From Candidatus Methylomirabilis sp. (GTDB lineage Bacteria; Methylomirabilota; Methylomirabilia; Methylomirabilales; Methylomirabilaceae), in NCBI GenBank assembly GCA_041498975.1, contig JBGQJI010000081.1, positions 1 to 11,141 on the forward strand: a stretch of 11,141 nucleotides of DNA. The letters are read 5' to 3'. Shown piece after piece: positions 7,401 through 11,141 of the stretch. Position 1 is the stretch's first letter. Each line of letters opens with the position of its first letter. Under the pieces are notes generated by a model. That model was given only the letters and a program-made list of their open reading frames with translations, was not told the origin of the DNA and did no database searches. The position numbers were made by a program, and so were the translations under genes.

Positions 7401-7430
7401 TTGACCGCTGATCGCTGACTGTGATAGAGT
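7401..7430 (+). promoter_or_regulatory. Putative sigma70 promoter for the 7513 gene and the CoA ligase
   Basis: TTGACC (7401-7406), 18-bp spacer and extended -10 TG-a-TAGAGT (7422-7430), located just after the terminator. Confidence 0.5.
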
Positions 7431-7512
7431 TCGATCATTCGGTTCAGCGTTTGCGGTCCTCGGAAATGCCGGCCACATGGCGTCAGGGGTCAACCAGGAG
7501 GAGATCACACCG

Positions 7513-7884
7513 ATGAAAGTTGAATTCTACTACAGCAGCAAGGTGACACCTGGGCAGCAATTCTTTTGCGATAACGCGAAGGCAATCGAGCTGATCGAGA
7601 AGTTAAAGGCAAAAGGCGTCAATGCCGCTGCCGCTGATTGCGAGGTCAACCCACCGGGGTTCATGAAGTACAATGCGGCGGTGACGGGCCCAAGCGCGAG
7701 CAAGCGGGCGGTGTTCGGCACCAAGGGGGCATTGGAGGAGGAATTCGGGAAGGCGGTCCCGGCGCTCTTGATCTTCGCCAAGGAGGGTGAACGCTACCCG
7801 GAGGAGGTGTTCCCTCGAAGCGACAGAGACCTGAACCGCCTGGTGGGGATCGAGGAGGCCTTGCAAAACCTTCTGAACCAGTAG
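7513..7884 (+). CDS. Hypothetical protein, possibly thioredoxin/glutaredoxin-like fold (123 aa)
   Basis: RBS AGGAGGAG at 7496-7503 favours ATG 7513 over 7477. Pattern: strand KVEFYYS, Cys, helix NAKAIELIEKLKAKG, strand, then VPALLIF resembling the cis-Pro motif. The fold call is inference. Confidence 0.8.
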   Translation: MKVEFYYSSKVTPGQQFFCDNAKAIELIEKLKAKGVNAAAADCEVNPPGFMKYNAAVTGPSASKRAVFGTKGALEEEFGKAVPALLIFAKEGERYPEEVFPRSDRDLNRLVGIEEALQNLLNQ

Positions 7885-7893
7885 GGGGATACG

Positions 7894-9561
7894 ATGGGCA
7901 AGATACCTGCCGAATACCTGCCGCCGCCTGAGTTGAGGCCGCAGCGCATCTACGCGCTTCCGGAGCTCAAACACCTCCCTCAGCGGTTGAACAGCACCGA
8001 GGAGTTGCTGGACAAGACGGTCGCCGCGGGCAAGGGGGACCGGGTGGCGCTCTACTTCGAGGACAAGAGAATCCCGTATAAGGCCCTGCTGGCCCAGGTC
8101 AACAAGCTGGGAAGCGCGCTGAAGAAGCTGGGGATCGAAGAGGCCGACAGGGTTGCGCTGCGCCTGCCGAACATCCCGCCTGCGATCGTGGCGAACTTCG
8201 CGGTGTTAAGGATCGGAGCCGTGGTCCTGCCAACCTCCGTCCTCTTTTCCCGAGCCGAGATCGCTCATGTGTTCAACAATGCCGAGGTTAAGGCCGTGAT
8301 CGTCGCTGCCACGCTTCTTGAGGAGCTCGAGAAAGCGTTGCCCGACCTGAAAACGGTCAAACATGTGATCGTCATCGGTGGCGATGCGGAGGAGATCAAG
8401 AAGAAGGGGTACCTGCTCTATCAGGAGCTGCTCGACGGGGGGGAACCGACCTGCGACCCGGTGCGGCGGGATCGGATGGATGTCTCGGTCCTCCTCTTCA
8501 CCTCGGGGACCACCGGGCTGCCAAAGGGGACGGCCCATTTCATGGAGGAGGCCCTCATCGTTCCGGACGGCTTTGGGAAATACTGCTGGCGCATCACGGA
8601 AAACGACGTGCTCCTCAGCGCAGCTCCACTCGCCATGGCGGCCGGGTACTCCGCCGCAGCCACCATTCCTTATCGATTCGGGGCCGCCCTCTCCCTGCTG
8701 CCACGCTTCACGCCGGAGGGGATGTTCGAGACGCTTCAGAACCACAAGGTCACCATCCTCTCGGCCCTCCCGACGGCCTACCGGAAGAAGCACCAGGTGC
8801 CGGACGCCGAAAAACTGTACAACATCAGTTCCCTCAACACCTGCACCGGGGGCGGCGAGTCCTTGACAGCGCAGACCTACCTCGACTGGAAGGCGAAGTT
8901 CGGGTTGGAGATCTTCGAGGGACTCGGGACCACGGAGATGATGTTTGTATTTATCAGTTCCGCCGCGACCCGGAAGGTCAAGCCGGGATCGATCGGTCCC
9001 GCCATCCCGGGGTATGAGCTGCGGGTGGTCACCGAAGATGGGAAGGACTGTAAGCCTGGGGAGAGCGGCCAACTCTGGGCGAGGGGGCCGACGGGGACCA
9101 TGTACTGGCGCGACCCGGAGAAGCAGCGGAGCGCCGTCAGAGATGGCTGGTGCCGTGCGGGTGATATGGTCAGCGTGGACGAGGATGGCTACATCTGGTT
9201 CCTCGCGCGTGAGGACGACCTGATCAAGAGTTCCGGTTACCGGATCGGGCCCGAAGAGATCGAGGATGTCCTGGTCACGCATCCTGCCGTGGCGGATGCC
9301 GGGGTCGTCGGAGTGCCGGACCCGGTCATGGGCCAGAAGACCAAGGCGTTTGTGGCGCTGAAGGCCGGGCACCAGCCTTCGGAGGGCCTCAAGCAGGAGC
9401 TGGTCGAGTTCTGCAAGGGGAAGATCGCCGTCTACAAATTGCCGAGGGAGGTCGAGTTCGCCGACCAGATGCCACGCGCCCCTGGTCCGGGCGGTCCCGG
9501 TACGGGCAAGCTGCTCCGACGGATCCTCCGGCAGCGGGACCAGGCCAAGACCAAGCCGTAG
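7894..9561 (+). CDS. AMP-forming acyl/aryl-CoA ligase, benzoate/2-aminobenzoate-CoA ligase-like (555 aa)
   Basis: P-loop LFTSGTTGLPKG, EGLGTTE, AGD, REDDLIKSSGYRIGPEEIE and terminal GK. The N-terminus LPPPEL…LPEL…PQRLN…ELLD resembles 2-aminobenzoate-CoA ligases. Substrate not determinable. Confidence 0.93.
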   Translation: MGKIPAEYLPPPELRPQRIYALPELKHLPQRLNSTEELLDKTVAAGKGDRVALYFEDKRIPYKALLAQVNKLGSALKKLGIEEADRVALRLPNIPPAIVANFAVLRIGAVVLPTSVLFSRAEIAHVFNNAEVKAVIVAATLLEELEKALPDLKTVKHVIVIGGDAEEIKKKGYLLYQELLDGGEPTCDPVRRDRMDVSVLLFTSGTTGLPKGTAHFMEEALIVPDGFGKYCWRITENDVLLSAAPLAMAAGYSAAATIPYRFGAALSLLPRFTPEGMFETLQNHKVTILSALPTAYRKKHQVPDAEKLYNISSLNTCTGGGESLTAQTYLDWKAKFGLEIFEGLGTTEMMFVFISSAATRKVKPGSIGPAIPGYELRVVTEDGKDCKPGESGQLWARGPTGTMYWRDPEKQRSAVRDGWCRAGDMVSVDEDGYIWFLAREDDLIKSSGYRIGPEEIEDVLVTHPAVADAGVVGVPDPVMGQKTKAFVALKAGHQPSEGLKQELVEFCKGKIAVYKLPREVEFADQMPRAPGPGGPGTGKLLRRILRQRDQAKTKP

Positions 9562-9590
9562 CCTTTCTGAGTTCTTCCAATCTCGATGTG

Positions 9591-9631
9591 AACGGCCCGG
9601 GGGTCGATCGTCACTCCCGGGCCGTTTCGTC
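9591..9631 (+). terminator. Probable intrinsic terminator after the ligase
   Basis: AACGGCCCGGG (9591-9601) / CCCGGGCCGTT (9616-9626), extendable by 3 pairs including one G-U, with a weak T-tract. Confidence 0.6.
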
Positions 9632-9655
9632 TCCCGCTCACACGCACATCTCCTC

Positions 9656-9685
9656 TTGACAGAACCCGCCATGCTCGTCTACGTT
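9656..9685 (+). promoter_or_regulatory. Putative sigma70 promoter of the second IclR gene
   Basis: TTGACA (9656-9661), 18-bp spacer, TACGTT (9680-9685). Confidence 0.55.
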
Positions 9686-9703
9686 GTTCTGCTAGGGAGA
9701 CGG

Positions 9704-9721
9704 TGTTCTGTATACAGAACA
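9704..9721. promoter_or_regulatory. Perfect 18-bp palindrome, candidate IclR operator
   Basis: TGTTCTGTATACAGAACA is its own reverse complement and lies between the putative promoter and the RBS of an IclR gene. Confidence 0.75.
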
Positions 9722-9745
9722 ATATTGGCGCTGGATAGGAGCCAT

Positions 9746-10525
9746 ATGGCGACAGAGGGGTACCAGGTTCCGGCCTTGGAACACGCGATCAAGTTGCTAC
9801 GGTTCCTCAAACAACGCAACCACAGACCCTGGGGGGTGTCGGAACTGAGCCGAGGGGTCAACGTCAATAAGAGCACCTGCTTCACCATCCTCAAGACGCT
9901 TCAGCGGCACGGCTTCGTAGCCTATGACGATGCAACCAAGAAATACTCCCTGGGGACGGCGCTCATCGAGCTGGGTGGAGCGGTGGCGTCGGCTGCCAGC
10001 GGGGCGGTTGTGGCCAAGCCGTTTCTGGTCGATCTGTTCGAGGAGTTGCGCCTGACTTCCCTGTTGGGTCGCAGGGTCCAGGACAAGGTGGTGGTCATCG
10101 ACAAAGCGGAGGTGCTGGACGATTTCCGGGTGACAGTTCCGCTGGGCCAGGTACTGCCGCTGGCCTCAGGGGCCATGGGGAGAAGTCTGCTTTCCCGGAT
10201 GCGGGATTCCGAGGTGGAGCGCATTCTCCGGTCTGAGGCCGGCATCGGGCAACGCGCGCGAAAAGGGGCTGGCCGGGCAAAGGTCCGGCAGGAGCTCGAG
10301 GAGGCGAGGCAGCGGGGCTATGCAGAAAGCCTGGGGGAGATCCAGGCGGGGATCAACAGCGTGGCCGCTCCGATCTTTGACCATCAGGGAGATGCGGTGC
10401 TGACGATAGGGGTGATCGGCCTTGGCTCTGCGCTGCCACCCCGCACGATGCCTCGCTGCGGCAGGAAGGTGCGAGAAGTGGCCTCCCTGATCACCCGGGC
10501 CATCGGCGGGATCGAGCCACAGTGA
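9746..10525 (+). CDS. Second IclR-family regulator (259 aa)
   Basis: RBS AGGAG at 9737-9741 and ATG 9746; the track start at 9656 is the -35 box. Motifs: VPALEHAIKLL…GVSELSRGVNVNKSTCFTILKTLQRHGFV…YSLG, PLASGAMGRSLL, GYAESLGEIQAGINSVAAPIFD. Confidence 0.94.
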   Translation: MATEGYQVPALEHAIKLLRFLKQRNHRPWGVSELSRGVNVNKSTCFTILKTLQRHGFVAYDDATKKYSLGTALIELGGAVASAASGAVVAKPFLVDLFEELRLTSLLGRRVQDKVVVIDKAEVLDDFRVTVPLGQVLPLASGAMGRSLLSRMRDSEVERILRSEAGIGQRARKGAGRAKVRQELEEARQRGYAESLGEIQAGINSVAAPIFDHQGDAVLTIGVIGLGSALPPRTMPRCGRKVREVASLITRAIGGIEPQ

Positions 10526-10537
10526 GCGATTTTCCAC

Positions 10538-10567
10538 TTGACTCCCTTCGGAGATGGATGCTATTCT
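10538..10567 (+). promoter_or_regulatory. Putative sigma70 promoter of the U32 gene
   Basis: TTGACT (10538-10543), 18-bp spacer and extended -10 TG-c-TATTCT (10559-10567). Confidence 0.6.
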
Positions 10568-10601
10568 GCGAGCGTTTGTGTTCGGTAGGGAGAACGGAAT
10601 C

Positions 10602-11141
10602 ATGCAAGAATTCTCCTCTCGCGGAGCGAGGCCGATCCTCCTCGCGCCCGCCGGAAGCCCGCCGGCTGCCAGGGCAGCCTTGCAGGCCGGCGCCGACGCC
10701 ATCTACGTCGGCCTCAAGGGATGGAGTCGCGGTGGGGCGAAGGGCGAACTGACCCCCGAAGAGCTGCGGGACGCCATCGCGGGGGCCCATGCGCAGGGCC
10801 GGGAGCTGCAGGTTGCCATCAACACCATCCCGCGCCAGAGCGAACGGCGATACCTGGTCGGGCGGGTCCAGGAACTGATCCGCTGGGGAATCGATGGGGT
10901 GATCGTGAACGACGCCGGCCTCATCGCTGAACTACGCACTCACTACCCTCAGCTTCGCATCACCGCCAGCATCGGCTGTGCCGCCATGAATGAGGCCGAT
11001 GTGGCCTTCTACCGTGATCTGGGGGCCGATGCTGTGGTGCTGTCCGGTACGCTCTCGCCCGATGAGCTGTCCGCCGCAGCGCAAATCCCCGGTGTGCTGA
11101 TTGAGGTCATGATCCACATGGTGGAGGAGTTTGTCGTCCTG
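10602..11141 (+). CDS. Peptidase U32-family (UbiU/TrhP/RlhA-like) protein, truncated at the window end (180 codons visible; not in the ORF track)
   Basis: RBS AGGGAG at 10587-10592 and an open frame to the window end: MQEFSSRGARPILLAPAGSPPAARAALQAGADAIYVGLKG…ELRDAIAGAHAQGRELQVAINTIP…GIDGVIVNDAGL…YPQLRITASIGCAAMNEADVAFYRDLGADAVVL…IEVMIHMVEEFVVL. Confidence 0.92.
   Translation, partial: MQEFSSRGARPILLAPAGSPPAARAALQAGADAIYVGLKGWSRGGAKGELTPEELRDAIAGAHAQGRELQVAINTIPRQSERRYLVGRVQELIRWGIDGVIVNDAGLIAELRTHYPQLRITASIGCAAMNEADVAFYRDLGADAVVLSGTLSPDELSAAAQIPGVLIEVMIHMVEEFVVL

Noticed and set aside
8206..9672. 488-aa minus-strand ORF
   Set aside because: It is the antisense shadow of the CoA ligase in GC-rich DNA, with no recognisable motifs.
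9656..9745. Track's 30-aa N-terminal extension of the second IclR (and similar extended starts at 6394, 7477 and 3798)
   Set aside because: It runs through promoter and operator sequence; RBS-supported starts lie downstream.

Overview
GC-rich bacterial chromosomal window with every credible gene on the + strand. It opens with the tail of a cell-division region: a probable ftsA stop, ftsZ, a small zinc-ribbon ORF and yggS. A near-perfect sigma70 promoter at 2635-2663 then starts an approximately 8.5 kb acyl-CoA metabolic cluster whose overall arrangement I do not recognise. In order it holds an IclR regulator, two translationally coupled and divergent family III (CaiB/BaiF/Frc-type) CoA-transferases, a 135-aa CxxC/CxxC protein, a 53-aa Cys/His peptide absent from the ORF track, a terminator, a thioredoxin-fold-like protein, an aryl-CoA-ligase-like enzyme, a second IclR behind a perfect 18-bp palindrome, and a truncated U32 (UbiU-like) gene that is also absent from the track. 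In that U32 protein the first Fe-S cysteine appears to be replaced by Glu. Intergenic DNA contains a MITE-like inverted-repeat element at the ftsZ stop and several degenerate 7-nt tandem repeats. All functional calls come from motif recognition by eye; no database search was run.
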